DNA of 64,000 nt from Octopus bimaculoides (Eukaryota). A program made the translations under genes and the position numbers. Every line of letters begins with the position of its first letter. Position 1 is the first letter of the stretch. A model generated the notes under the pieces. It did no database searches, was not told the DNA's origin, and was given only the letters and a program-made list of their open reading frames with translations. The stretch lies in NCBI RefSeq assembly GCF_001194135.2, contig NC_068982.1, forward strand, positions 7,779,994 through 7,843,993, given 5' to 3'. Shown in pieces: positions 44,816 to 54,043 of this stretch.

Positions 44816-46925
44816 TGTGTGTGCATGCATGTTTGCGATTGTGGGGGGAGGCTGTGAATGTGTGTGCATGCACGTGTGTATGAATTTGTGTGTGCATGCA
44901 CGTGTATGAATGTGTATGTGTGTGTGTGCATGTGTGTGTTCATGTGTGTGTTCATGTATGTGTATGCTTGTGTGTGTGTGGTTGTGTGTATATGTACATG
45001 TGTGGGTGTTCATGAGTGTATGTGTACATGTATGTGTATGTGTGGTTGTGTCTGTGTATGTATGTGTGTGTGTGTGTTTGTGTGTAATCCCTCGCCATAT
45101 TGCAGTTCACCTATCGTGCACTCATTACATCATAGTTCACTTATTGTGCACTCGGTACAACATAGATTTTTCTGGCTAATATATGTAAATTTACATCATG
45201 GACTCCTCAGTATATCGCAGATATCTGTAGCCAATGGGTATTTATATTTTTTTAGATTTTAATTATTTCTGTGAGAGGTTTTGGAACACAACAACTGCGA
45301 TAGTCAAAGGATTACTGTATACAGTAATGATCAACCAGACAAATGCCATACATTTCCAGATAGCAGAAACATTATTTTCATCAGATGTAGGACAATATAA
45401 TTTAAACTGCAGAAAAGCCAGATTCAGGTAACCAAGAAAATAGATTAAGTCTACTGTCTCAACCTCATGATCATTTAAAAGGTCTTGGAAATATTCACTA
45501 TTAAATGTCTTTTTCTATCGAAGCATGTCTTATTATGGTTATTTGGCACCTGTTTACAACTTTATTTCTTTAGTTATCACAAACTATCTTATATAGGTGC
45601 AGGCAGAGCTGTGTGGTAACCCAACCACATGGTTCTGGGTTCAGTCCCACTGCATGGCACCTTGGGCAAGTGTCTTCTACTATAACCTCAGGCTGACCAA
45701 AGGTTTGAGAGTCAATTTGGCAGACAGAAACTGAAATAAGCCTGTCATGTGTGTGTGTGTTTGCAGGATTATTCTTTGTGTCTCTGTTTGTCTGCCATCA
45801 CCACTTTGAAAACCATTGTTGGTATGTTTACATCCCCACAACTTAGCAGTTTGGTTGAAGCAACCAAGAGAATAAATACCCGGCTTTAAAAAAAATAAGT
45901 ACTGGGGTCAATTTGTTTGACTAAAATTCTTCAAGGCGGTGCCCCAGTATGGTTACAGTCTAATGCCTGAAACAAGAAAAAGACATGAAAGATAGCAAGA
46001 AAAAAAATTAAACACATACCTTTTCACAGTTTTTAAGTCGAATGCAATTTGTAATTGTCATCCTTACCCACCAGAAATTACTAAATTCGATCAGGTTATA
46101 GACACATGAAGGTGACTGGAGAGTGAAAAAAGAACCATCAAATGTTCTAAAAAGTCTGGTACCTTGGCTTCGACAGCTTGAATCTGTTTTTAGGGATTCA
46201 TCACCTATTGTAGAATCTAAAAAAATTTGAAATATTATACTAAAATGCATCTTAGATAAAATTCATGTAAACAATTCAGTGAAATATATTCAACCAATGC
46301 CAGAACGGGACGACACTGCATAGTGCCAAAGATCCCAGCAATGCCATCGCACTTCAGGACCAGTTACTGCAACAGCTTGGGATTCAGGGACCCACAGCTT
46401 TTTAATATTCTCCCAAAGAGCCTGAGGAATCTGCACAAAGTAGATGTAGGGGTTTTTAAATCAAAGCTGGACCTCTTCCTATCGAGAGTCCCAGATGAAC
46501 CTACCTCGCGGCAGGAGGTGCAAATGAGGGTTGCTAAGTCAAACTCCATTCTTCACCAAGTGCCACATATTGTAAGAGGCTCCCTGTAATAACAGNNNNN
46601 NNNNNNNNNNNNNNNNNNNNNNNNNNNNNNNNNNNNNNNNNNNNNNNNNNNNNNNNNNNNNNNNNNNNNNNNNNNNNNNNNNNNNNNNNNNNNNNNNNNN
46701 NNNNNNNNNNNNNNNNNNNNNNNNNNTTAAAAAAATAAATTTTTTTTAAAAACTCAGAATTTCACAGGTTTAATATTTTAGCTTCTCTTAAGGTGCTGAG
46801 TTGGCAGAATTGTTAGCATGCTTCCCAACCACATGGTTCCAAGTTCAGTCCTACTGCCTGGCACCTTGGGCAAGTGTCTACTATAGCCTTGAGCCAACCA
46901 AAGCCATGTGAGCGGAAGAAACCTG

Positions 46926-46958
<33 letters not shown>

Positions 46959-46970
46959 TGAGAAAGTTGG

Positions 46971-47021
<51 letters not shown>

Positions 47022-50000
47022 GTATATATATATATGTGTCTGTGTCTATCCCCCCCACCATTGCTTGACAACCAATTTTGGTATGTTTACGTCCCTGTAA
47101 CTTAATGGTTCAGCAAAAGAGACTGACAGAGTAAGTATTAGGGGTTAATTTGTTTGACTAAAGGCGGTGCTCCAGCATGGCCGCAGTCAAATGACTGAAA
47201 CAAATAAAAGAATCATATTTGTACATCAATCATATCAGATAAATCCAATAACAGAAAAGTAATGTTTCAAATCAGTCCAAAAATGTTTCTATGCTCATTC
47301 ATTTTGGTGATTAAGATTTTCAAGAGGATGCTCAAAGTGATTTTTCATTGCCCACCAAAAATATCTAGGCGGTGCACTTGCACCCCCTGCATCACTAGTT
47401 ACCATTCTCCTCCACCACCTAGACCCATAAAGACCCCAAGCAACTTCCCTGTTTGTTGGTTGAAGAGACAAAACTAAAAAAAACTTACTTTGATAATTGC
47501 ATTTGATGCACTCTTTTCCAATAAGTCCCCAAGATCCTGTGTTGCGTTGACTACAACAGTCAGCAAGTGTTACAACTTTGCCAGCAAATTTTTTGTATCC
47601 AGGACCATAACAAGCAGATTTCTCAAAACAATATTTCAGCACACTAGTTGTATCTTGAAAATAAAAATGTATTAACATAGTTTATACATAACAAAATTTA
47701 ACTCAAATCAAGTTAATTTCACAAGCTGGTTGTTCCATTGATTAAATCAAGTGAGACATTCGCCATCATAACCAATGAATTACCAGTAGAGTATATAGTA
47801 TAGTAATCAAAATCCATTTACCTGATACTTTGTTTTCACAGCGGTAACCTACAAATCCCTTTCTGCAATTACATTTATCAGCAGCAAAGCATACTCCATC
47901 ATTTTTACAAGGAGGAATGCACAAAGCTAAAAAAGAAAATAGACAATACTTTATTGCAAACCTCCAACATCCAGCAACTGATTTGGTAGACACCCACAAC
48001 GTCATCCACCATCTTTCCAACAACAATCTTGGGCACCTATTTCAATTCCATATGTCTAACTCTCATAAACATGCTTACAAAATCAATAAACAGCACAGCC
48101 CCCAGACATTCAGAAACATTTTTTAATGCTCAGAATTGCTGAAGCGTGGAATAAATTACTTGCATCAGTTGTTAGCTGTTGAGACATTACACCCTTCAAA
48201 ACTTCCATGCTTCCTGAAAATCACCAATACTACACCTGATGTTCCACCCACCACACACTTTTTCTTTTAAACAACTTGTTGACTGTTCACTTTCTGCGCA
48301 TTAGACTATGTACTGTTCATGTACTTTTAGTTACCTTTTCTGATGAGTTTTGGTGCAACAGAGCACTGTATACAATAAGTTTGTTATTACCATGTGCCTT
48401 TTCTTTATATGTAAGCCTATTTTCTGTTTTTGTTTTTGTTTTTTCTTACAGTGAAAAAGCACAGGTATGACAGTGTGGTTAAGAAATTCACTTCCAGTTC
48501 ATGTAGTTCAGTCCTACTGCATGGCACCTTGAGCAAGTGTCTTCTACCATAGCCATGGGACAACCAAAGTCTTGTGAGTGAATTTGATGAACAGAAATTG
48601 AAAGAAGCCTGTCATATATATATATATTGCATGTGTATATGCATGGGTACAAGAATGTTTGGGGCTCCAAGTCTTGGCATTGCATCACACCATAGCTGTA
48701 AACAAGTGTCCAGCTTTAGGGAAATATTTCCTTACTTTGAAACAGGATAGGGTTGGTGACAGGAAGGGCATCCAGCTGTAGAAAATCAACATAACATCTA
48801 TTCATTCAATTGTTTACCTAAGTTTCCCTTGAGATTACATAACATTTATGGAAATTTCATTTAATAGTTGGGTCCTTCCTGCACAATATATATATATTAA
48901 ACCATTCTTGCTCTAGATGTTTCTTGATTCATTAACATTTCCCGAGTTTCCTAAGGCTAACTCTCTGGGGCCTCTCTGCTTCTTGTTTATAACACATTTC
49001 TTAAATATATTGGATACTAGCAGAGATACCCAGCATTGCTCGGGATTAAAATGGCATAATTTGTATATAATATATTACAGTTATGTTGAAACAGGTGTTA
49101 TGGGAAAGGGCAGCATTGACAACAAAACATTTGTGGAGTAAATGATGGGATAATTCGACAAAGTAACATGCTATGCATTCATTCGGAGTATTTCAGGCCC
49201 TAACCTGTCATGGAAAATTGGGGGTGGGGGTTATGTGATTTTTGAATGCACCAAAAAGCTGTCAGTGGATATACTTTCTTTTGCAGCAGTCGGCACTGTG
49301 TCTAACACGACTCGTAATCTGAAATTTTGACACCTCCTCCAGGTTTGTTGTCCTACATCACTTATAAAGCAAATTTGGAGGGTAATCATTCGTTTTGATT
49401 GCCTTTGGAGGAACTGTGGTTGTTCATTTGTGGGTAACATGGAACTAATGAGGTGATAGACTTGCTCTTGAACTTTGACGTCAGCGTAAATTCATGTTTA
49501 ACCATCTTATTAGATGCAGTAAAGGATTTCATTTGAAATGCAGAGTTGTATTGTCTGATAATATTCAGCAAATCCTTTGACTGGATGGAAATGCCTTCTA
49601 GAAGATCCATAAGAGGTTGAGAAAGAGCCAGTAGTTCTGACAATGTTACCAGACCACCTGAGCAGCACATACTATTTGTTTCATTTGAAAATATTACACT
49701 ACAGAAACATCAATTTGTGTTTAGCACACCAATTTCGACAGAGTTATCATTTTTATAAGAACGGGATGCAACATATTTGAAAACACCTTCAGGAGTTGTG
49801 AAGAACGAATTTGTACATAGTCTGTTACTGAGAGCTATTCTATTGGACCTCTGTCTAATTATTAAAACATTGATTTAATGATCCAGCATTAAGTGCTGCA
49901 GCATGCATTTGCTGATCTTGGGAAAGTCACATCTCCCTTCTCTCTTGAAACACTGTCTGACGTGCTGCAGCAACCTTTGCTGATCTTGAGAAAATCTCAT

Positions 50001-52200
50001 CTTGCTTCTCTCTTCAGACTCCCGCCTTCGGTTTTCTACAATCCTCCTTGCTTTATACTTATTTCTGGAGAGATTATATCCTTTCTTTGGTGGCATATTT
50101 TTTTCAATATTGTAAACAAAAAGTTATGAACATAGAAACAAATTATACATTAATCCCTATTTTTGTAAGCAGTTGTATGTATGTAGTATGTTTCATTTTT
50201 TTATGCAGTATAAATTAACCAACCAGAAGCACATGTATGAACTGATAATTTAACAGTAAATGCCACAATAATTTATTATAGATAAATTTTTTATATATAT
50301 ATATAGTAATCATCATCATCATCATCGTCGTTTAACGTCCGCTTTCCATGCTAGCATGGGTTGGACGATTTGACTGAGGACTGGTGAACCAGATGGCTAC
50401 ACCAGGCTCCAATCTGATTTGGCAGAGTTTCTACAGCTGGATGCCCTTCCTAATGCCAACCACTCAGAGAGTGTAGTGGGTGCTTTTACGTGTCACCCAC
50501 TACACACTCTGAGTGGTAAGCACATGTATTAAATGTTAATTCAAGGGTAAATATGTAGCTGTAAATACCTTGCAGCCTTGCAACTGTTGCAATAATTATT
50601 AACTGGGAATTGAACGGTAAATCTGTATTATATACCTTGGAGCTGCCACCTCATTGTTTTTTGTCAAGAGTTTCAACTCCAGCAGTTTGCTATGTCAGTC
50701 AACACATACACTGACACACCGTTCTGCTGTGATGGCTCATTTTGTGTTTCTCCCACTCATTCTGTAAAAATTTATTTGAAGAGAGCAGAAATTGGAAGAA
50801 TAGAAACTGAAAAGGACAGAGAGAATGAAAGTGAAGGAGATGAAAAAGTGAAAGATATATGTATGTGTACATGAAATGGATGTGTGTGTGTGTACGTGTG
50901 TGTGTGTACGTGTGTGTGTGCGTGTGTACGTGTGTGTGTGTGTGTACATGTGTGTGAGAGAGAAAGAGAGAGATAGGGTAAGTGAAGGTGTGTGTCATGA
51001 TGATTGATGTCTTTTAAGGTACACCCACATAGAAAATGTGACGTCATCATCATATAAAATGTTTACAATAGCTGATTTATGGAAAAGATTATAAAGTAAA
51101 ATTTTTGAAATGAAAATATGTGAATAGAAATTAAGCTTAATTTGTAGCCGAAATAGTACTGAATCTTTTGATGCCCTATATGTTAAAATCGGTAACTCGG
51201 TTTTGGAATGCATAATATATATATATAGGACAGAATGCATAATATATATATAGGACAGACTTCTTTCAAACTGAAAGTATTATCTCACATTACTATAGAG
51301 ACGTAATACTGAAATAGTGTAAGAGATAAGAGATTGCTCTGGGCTTGCATTAGGCAAGAAGTTGAAAATTTTTTTGGCCCATAACACTGCATGGACCCTA
51401 AGTAAGACATGTGTAAAATTTGAAAGAAATCAGTTGTGTAGTTCTTGAGTTTTAGGGATTCAGATAGACAGACTCACAGACAGACACACATTCTTATCTT
51501 TATATATATATATATATAGAGATAGATATAGATAGATTATAGATGCAGTTCTTGTTTCCGCTTTATGTTCTATAGATAAGAACAGCTGCTGTGTGCTCCT
51601 GTGGAATTTACCACTGCACAGGAGACAATCTCTTCAAGAATGCTTTCTATAAATTCCATCCAACCCATACAGACATGGAAAGAGGGACAAAATGATGATG
51701 AGAATTATCGACCCTCTTTAATAATGTTTATTTTATGATAAATGGTTTATGATATTTAGGTACTTACGAATGTGACATTTAGTTCCTGACCAACCAGGGC
51801 AGCAAACTAATTCCTTTCTTATTCTTAACCTAAAATGAGATTAAAAGTTTAATATCATATGTTGCAAAACAAAAATAAATCAAATTTTTTTCCACATTTG
51901 TAATAGAAAACAAAAAGATCTGTTTGCTTTTTGTATTTACTAAGTATAAAGTGACATATATTATCAAACTAATCAATAATTATATGCACAAAATGTCTGA
52001 GATAATTATTTACTCTTTTACTTGTTTGAGTCATTTGACTGTGGCCATGCTGGAGCACCGCCTTTAGTCGAGCATATCAACCCCAGGACTTATTCTTTAT
52101 AAGCCTAGTACTTATTCTATCGGTCTCTTTTTGTGGAACTGCTAAGTTACAGGGACGTAAACACACCAGCATCAGTTGTCAAGCGACGGTGGGGGGACAA

Positions 52201-52251
<51 letters not shown>

Positions 52252-53843
52252 TACGACAGGCTTCTTTCAGTTTCCGTCTACCAAATCCACTCACAAGGCT
52301 TTAGTCGGCCCGAGGCTATAGTAGAAGACACTTGCCCAAGGTGCCATGCAGTGGGACTGAACCCGGAACCATGTGGTTGGTAAGCAAGCTACTTACCACA
52401 CAGCCACTCAAGATTATAATTTTTCAGCTTTTCACTGAATGTGGAAATTGAAATCAAAACGTAAAGACAGACGAAATACCATTAAGTAGTGTACTAACAA
52501 GTCTGCCACCTCACCAATTTAAATCTCTTCTAAATTAAGATAAATTAAATTTATGTAATTTACATCAAAGAGTACAGAACATGCACATTTATTATTCTTT
52601 TTACATTTCTTCTACATAATAAAGTGGTTCCCAACCTGGGATCCATGCAAAATTTCACATATATATATATACATATAAGGATTAGCATACTAAAAGGGGT
52701 TCATGGGAAAACTCATTTAAATAAAAGGCTTAGGAACTACTGTTGAGAATCACTGTGAAAAGGCTGAGAACCACTGATTATAGTATAAAGTTCTTAAAGC
52801 TCCTAGCTGTTGGTAGCCATGTATAAAGTTATTTCATCTTCTTTTGGGATCATTAAATTCATTACACAGTTTTTGTTTAAAAAAAAAAAAGGCCTAACTG
52901 ACATTTCCATTTTTTACCACCCTCAGTCATTAACTGTTCAGCAGTAGAGAAAAAAAAAAAAGAGACAGGAACTTCTTCAAGTCTATCTTGCATAAACGTT
53001 GTTAATGTACTTACAGATATCTTCTATGAACCAATTTCACAAAACAGTTTGGCAAGAACAATATCATTTGGAAATCCAACTAAAAAGCTAATCTCTAAAC
53101 ATGAAACTCTTCATGTCTGTATTTGTAATTTTCTGTCCAGCAACTTTATAAAGAGTTCTATTATAATTTCTTTCACTTCTTTCAGTCATTGAACTGTGGC
53201 CATGCTGGGGCACCACTTTGAAGGATTGAGTTAAACAAACTGAACCCCATTTTCCATTCTTAAGCTTGATACTTATTCTTCCAGTATCTATGCTAAACTG
53301 CTAAGTTATGGGGACATAAACAAACTGACACCCGTTGTCAAACTGTGGTGGAGGACAAATAAAAACACACAAACCACACATGCACAGACCCCCCCCCCCC
53401 NNNNNNNNNNACACACACATAAACAAACACGCATACATTTACACACACACACACACACACAATTGGCTTCTTTCAGTTTCCATTTACCAAATCTACTCAT
53501 AAGGCTTTGGATGGCTTGGGTGATAGTAGAAGACGCTTGCCCAAAGTGTCATGTTGTGGAACTGAAGCCTGAACCATAAGGATGGAAAGCAAAAAATATT
53601 ACTCGTCTTCTTTAAGGGTCTTTTAAACTTTTTATGAATTTATTGTCAATAAAAGATACTTACTTTTCAAAATAGCATGGTCCACCAGCTTTTGGTGTTG
53701 TGTTATTCACAAGTGTATAACCAACAGCTAACATCAAATCAATATCTTTACAGGATCCATTGCTTTGGAAATTAGTATATTCAGTTGTGTTACAAAAGTG
53801 GAAATTTAAACTAGAAATTGAGAAAATATTTGAAATTAAGTCA
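311..53843 (-). CDS. Multi-exon gene for an SCO-spondin/otogelin/mucin/VWF-like secreted protein (EMI-EGF-TB-like-D1-D2-D'-D3-LDLa-PTS); 3' end outside the window, 5' end unresolved
   Basis: 27 exons with canonical GT-AG ends splice with matching phases into 4262 nt without a stop. The protein has three VWD (TFDG/TFDN ... GLC(G/S)N(F/Y)D), C8, TIL, E and LDLa cysteine patterns. VWD x3 followed by LDLa resembles SCO-spondin, but orthology was not tested. Confidence 0.93.
2787..2932 (-). CDS. Exon, E3 end + LDL-receptor class A repeat
   Basis: [48 protein letters not shown](V); LDLa 6-Cys and acidic motif; phase 2-1. Confidence 0.94.
3559..3779. mobile_element. TTAA-flanked piggyBac-like MITE (other copies ~15570-15794, ~29492-29704)
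   Basis: Termini TTAAC(CC)TTTAGCATT ... AATGCTAAAGGGTTAA; three ~220 bp homologous copies. Confidence 0.75.
3877..3973 (-). CDS. Exon, TIL3 end + E3 start
   Basis: [31 protein letters not shown](C); phase 1-2. Confidence 0.93.
4152..4315. mobile_element. hAT-type MITE (second copy 52622-52776)
   Basis: TIRs CAGT(AA/GG)TTCCCAACC ... GGTTGGGAACCACTG; shared internal sequence. Confidence 0.7.
4999..5145 (-). CDS. Exon, TIL3
   Basis: [48 protein letters not shown](G); phase 1-1. Confidence 0.94.
5820..6640 (+). mobile_element. Possible Helentron-associated non-autonomous element
   Basis: Motif AACTCCTCC...GATTTTGATGAAACTTG plus internal short direct repeats; boundaries uncertain. Confidence 0.3.
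6913..7807. mobile_element. Mariner-derived element carrying two inverted 5' ends
   Basis: Left arm (+) [25 protein letters not shown]; rest (-) [32 protein letters not shown]; TA at both ends. Confidence 0.85.
7811..7933. other. Assembly gap (others: 21514-21804, 26242-26334, 34267-34400, 46596-46726, 53401-53410, 61551-61577)
   Basis: N runs, mostly at microsatellites; exon phases join across all of them, so no exon needs to be hidden there. Confidence 0.97.
8234..8343 (-). CDS. Exon, C8-3 C-part
   Basis: [36 protein letters not shown](G); GGDCECLC motif; phase 2-1. Confidence 0.95.
9775..11311 (-). mobile_element. Near full-length degenerate Tc1-family DNA transposon (1537 bp)
   Basis: TIRs CACTGAAC(TGC/CAC)AAAAGAAAC flanked by TA; broken frames give [16 protein letters not shown] and a [10 protein letters not shown]-like C-terminus; inserted in the TA run of a SINE. 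Confidence 0.9.
11525..11664 (-). CDS. Exon, C8-3 N-part
   Basis: [46 protein letters not shown](G); phase 0-2. Confidence 0.94.
11763..11860. repeat. Compound (AGC/AGT)n microsatellite, representative of many (TA)n, (CA)n, (GAT)n, (GATA)n tracts
   Basis: Read directly; other examples 26168-26241 (TG)n, 39825-39866 (GAT)n, 44778-45085 TG-rich. Confidence 0.9.
12332..12626. repeat. 42-bp minisatellite, ~6.5 copies
   Basis: GAACTCAGCTACCTTGCCTCCATGAGGCCTAACACTTGATAG starting at 12361, 12403, 12445, 12487, 12529, 12570, 12612. Confidence 0.92.
12960..13168 (-). CDS. Exon, VWD3 end
   Basis: [69 protein letters not shown]; phase 1-0. Confidence 0.96.
13608..13949 (-). CDS. Exon, VWD3 main part
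   Basis: [31 protein letters not shown]...[13 protein letters not shown]...IGLTVQWDQ(G); phase 1-1. Confidence 0.96.
16340..16392 (-). CDS. Exon, E' end (53 nt)
   Basis: [17 protein letters not shown](A); acceptor TTTTCAG, donor GTAAGA; phase 2-1 bridges the flanking exons. Confidence 0.85.
17914..18250 (-). mobile_element. SINE-like family 2 with (GAT)n tail (other copies ~1365-2080, 4325-4820, 12015-12360, 14170-14375, 15900-16130, 23680-23900, 31830-32065, 34590-34810, 39943-40230, 50310-50495)
   Basis: Recurrent TTTAACGTCCGCTTTCCATGCTGGCATGGGTTGGA...GGATGCCCTTCCTAACGCCAACCAC next to (CAT)n. Confidence 0.85.
18255..19140 (+). mobile_element. Mariner 5' fragment interrupted by nested SINEs (18446-18928)
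   Basis: [20 protein letters not shown], then after the SINEs [56 protein letters not shown]. Confidence 0.8.
20263..20835 (-). mobile_element. Internally deleted mariner element
   Basis: C-terminal motifs [11 protein letters not shown] and [27 protein letters not shown]; termini resemble those of 6913-7807. Confidence 0.85.
21177..21268 (-). CDS. Exon, TIL' end + E' start
   Basis: [30 protein letters not shown](L); poly-T acceptor, donor GTGAGT; phase 0-2. Confidence 0.9.
23153..23348 (-). CDS. Exon, E2 end + TIL'
   Basis: [65 protein letters not shown]; phase 2-0. Confidence 0.92.
25613..25865 (-). CDS. Exon, TIL2 + E2 start
   Basis: [83 protein letters not shown](C); phase 1-2. Confidence 0.94.
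26800..27325 (+). mobile_element. RTE-clade LINE 3' fragment
   Basis: [47 protein letters not shown]. Confidence 0.8.
28706..29475 (+). mobile_element. 3'-truncated mariner transposase pseudogene
   Basis: [26 protein letters not shown], then [42 protein letters not shown]; stop and frameshift. Confidence 0.9.
30130..30367 (-). CDS. Exon, C8-2
   Basis: [79 protein letters not shown](S); phase 0-1. Confidence 0.94.
32132..32299 (-). CDS. Exon, VWD2 end
   Basis: [56 protein letters not shown]; phase 0-0. Confidence 0.93.
32590..32850 (-). mobile_element. RTE/Expander LINE 3' fragment
   Basis: [46 protein letters not shown]. Confidence 0.75.
33543..33848 (-). CDS. Exon, VWD2 middle
   Basis: [34 protein letters not shown]...[19 protein letters not shown]; 306 nt open; phase 0-0. 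Confidence 0.9.
35422..35563 (-). CDS. Exon, E1 end + VWD2 start
   Basis: [47 protein letters not shown]; phase 2-0. Confidence 0.93.
35939..36173 (-). CDS. Exon, TIL1 + E1 start
   Basis: [77 protein letters not shown](C); phase 1-2. Confidence 0.95.
36290..36780. mobile_element. RTE/Expander LINE with inverted 5' part
   Basis: 36290-36560 (-): [28 protein letters not shown]; 36561-36780 (+): [18 protein letters not shown]. Confidence 0.72.
36925..37262 (+). mobile_element. Mariner 5' fragment
   Basis: [40 protein letters not shown]. Confidence 0.7.
37700..37862 (-). CDS. Exon, C8-1 C-part
   Basis: [54 protein letters not shown](P); WR...C motif; phase 0-1. Confidence 0.9.
38104..38316. 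repeat. Inverted repeat with ~52-bp arms
   Basis: 38104-38155 versus 38265-38316, about 7 mismatches; SINE-tail fragment in the spacer. Confidence 0.82.
39101..39199 (-). CDS. Exon, C8-1 N-part
   Basis: [33 protein letters not shown]; phase 0-0; polypyrimidine acceptor TTCAG, donor GTAAGT. Confidence 0.85.
39340..39535 (-). mobile_element. tRNA-derived SINE family 3 (other copies ~8520-8730, 16655-16870, 17478-17700, 20950-21090, 24975-25170, 38560-38780)
   Basis: Head GGCAAGCTGGCAGAATCGTTAGC...GAGTTCAAATTCCGCC and conserved core CTTTCATCCTTTC...GATAAAATAAGTACC. Confidence 0.8.
40921..41113. repeat. Inverted repeat with 81-bp arms and 31-bp loop (MITE-like)
   Basis: 40921-41001 is the reverse complement of 41033-41113 with 3 mismatches; TA at both ends. 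Confidence 0.93.
41411..41581. repeat. Inverted repeat with ~57-bp arms
   Basis: CAATCAAGATATTACC(A/G)GAGCTTTGCAGGTAAGCC and its reverse complement at 41525-41581. Confidence 0.88.
41951..42030 (-). CDS. Exon, VWD1 end
   Basis: [26 protein letters not shown]; phase 1-0; donor GTAGGT. Confidence 0.88.
42882..43049 (-). CDS. Exon, VWD1 C-part
   Basis: [55 protein letters not shown](N); phase 1-1. Confidence 0.92.
43530..43629 (-). CDS. Exon, VWD1 middle
   Basis: [33 protein letters not shown](G); phase 0-1; weak donor GTTTGT is the one that fits the next exon. Confidence 0.8.
44107..44657 (+). mobile_element. Internally deleted Tc1/mariner-superfamily element
   Basis: TIRs GGTGGCCAC(T/A)GAAAGAC(T/C)GAA; internal frame [25 protein letters not shown]...[11 protein letters not shown] resembles a transposase HTH region. 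Confidence 0.7.
46020..46216 (-). CDS. Exon, VWD1 start
   Basis: [65 protein letters not shown]; phase 1-0; donor GTATGT. Confidence 0.92.
46295..46595 (+). mobile_element. CR1/L2-like LINE 3' fragment
   Basis: [55 protein letters not shown]; ends at an N gap. Confidence 0.7.
47489..47653 (-). CDS. Exon, TB (8-Cys)-like module with 6 Cys
   Basis: [54 protein letters not shown](N); phase 1-1; donor GTAAGT. Confidence 0.88.
47822..47926 (-). CDS. Exon, EGF-like domain
   Basis: [34 protein letters not shown](D); 6-Cys EGF spacing; phase 1-1. Confidence 0.93.
49230..50096 (-). mobile_element. Helitron Rep/helicase N-terminal remnant
   Basis: [12 protein letters not shown]..., MCCSGG...[25 protein letters not shown] match the Helitron-like N-terminal motifs CCxxG and IRxYNSAFQMTS; frameshifted. 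Confidence 0.78.
51340..51530 (-). mobile_element. Possible Helentron/HINE-type terminus
   Basis: Reverse strand reads TATATATAAAGATAAG, a TGTC microsatellite, then CAACTGATTTCTTTCAAATTTTACAC. Confidence 0.4.
51768..51829 (-). CDS. Exon, EMI-like domain C-part
   Basis: [20 protein letters not shown](P); CCPGW motif; acceptor TTTTAG, donor GTAAGT; phase 2-1. Confidence 0.88.
52010..52409 (-). mobile_element. Full-length tRNA-derived SINE, family 1 (other copies ~690-1205, 9215-9530, 9540-11480, 18446-18928, 19370-19650, 21975-22410, 27990-28260, 31250-31600, 34810-35160, 45596-45995, 46810-47215, 53170-53580)
   Basis: Head GTGGCTGTGTGGTAAG...GGTTCAGTCCCA (A/B-box-like), internal TA/CA microsatellite and tail GGTGCTCCAGCATGGCC, repeated more than 12 times; coordinates approximate. 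Confidence 0.88.
53664..53843 (-). CDS. Exon, EMI-like domain N-part
   Basis: [59 protein letters not shown](K); donor GTAAGT; phase 2-2; acceptor position less certain. Confidence 0.8.
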
Positions 53844-54004
53844 CTGAGATATATAAATATTGTGGATTGATACAAATATTCATGTTTTCAATCAGTTTAA
53901 CACAAACTCAACACAGAGAAATAGATTCTAAATCACTGAAGAAAAAAATGGTAAATATATAAATGCAGTGTAAATATATAGATTCTTGCAAATAAATTAC
54001 TCAC

Positions 54005-54043
54005 CTTGGCTGATATTTATCAATACGTTCATCATTTTGAAAA
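54005..54043 (-). CDS. Candidate upstream exon (39 nt, phase 2-2)
   Basis: Acceptor TACAG and donor GTGAGT; reads FQNDERIDKYQP(S) in frame with exon 53664-53843; no recognisable domain. Confidence 0.45.

Noticed and set aside
52370-52409. tRNA-like A/B boxes in SINE heads
   Set aside because: No cloverleaf or anticodon arm; these are SINE heads, not tRNA genes.
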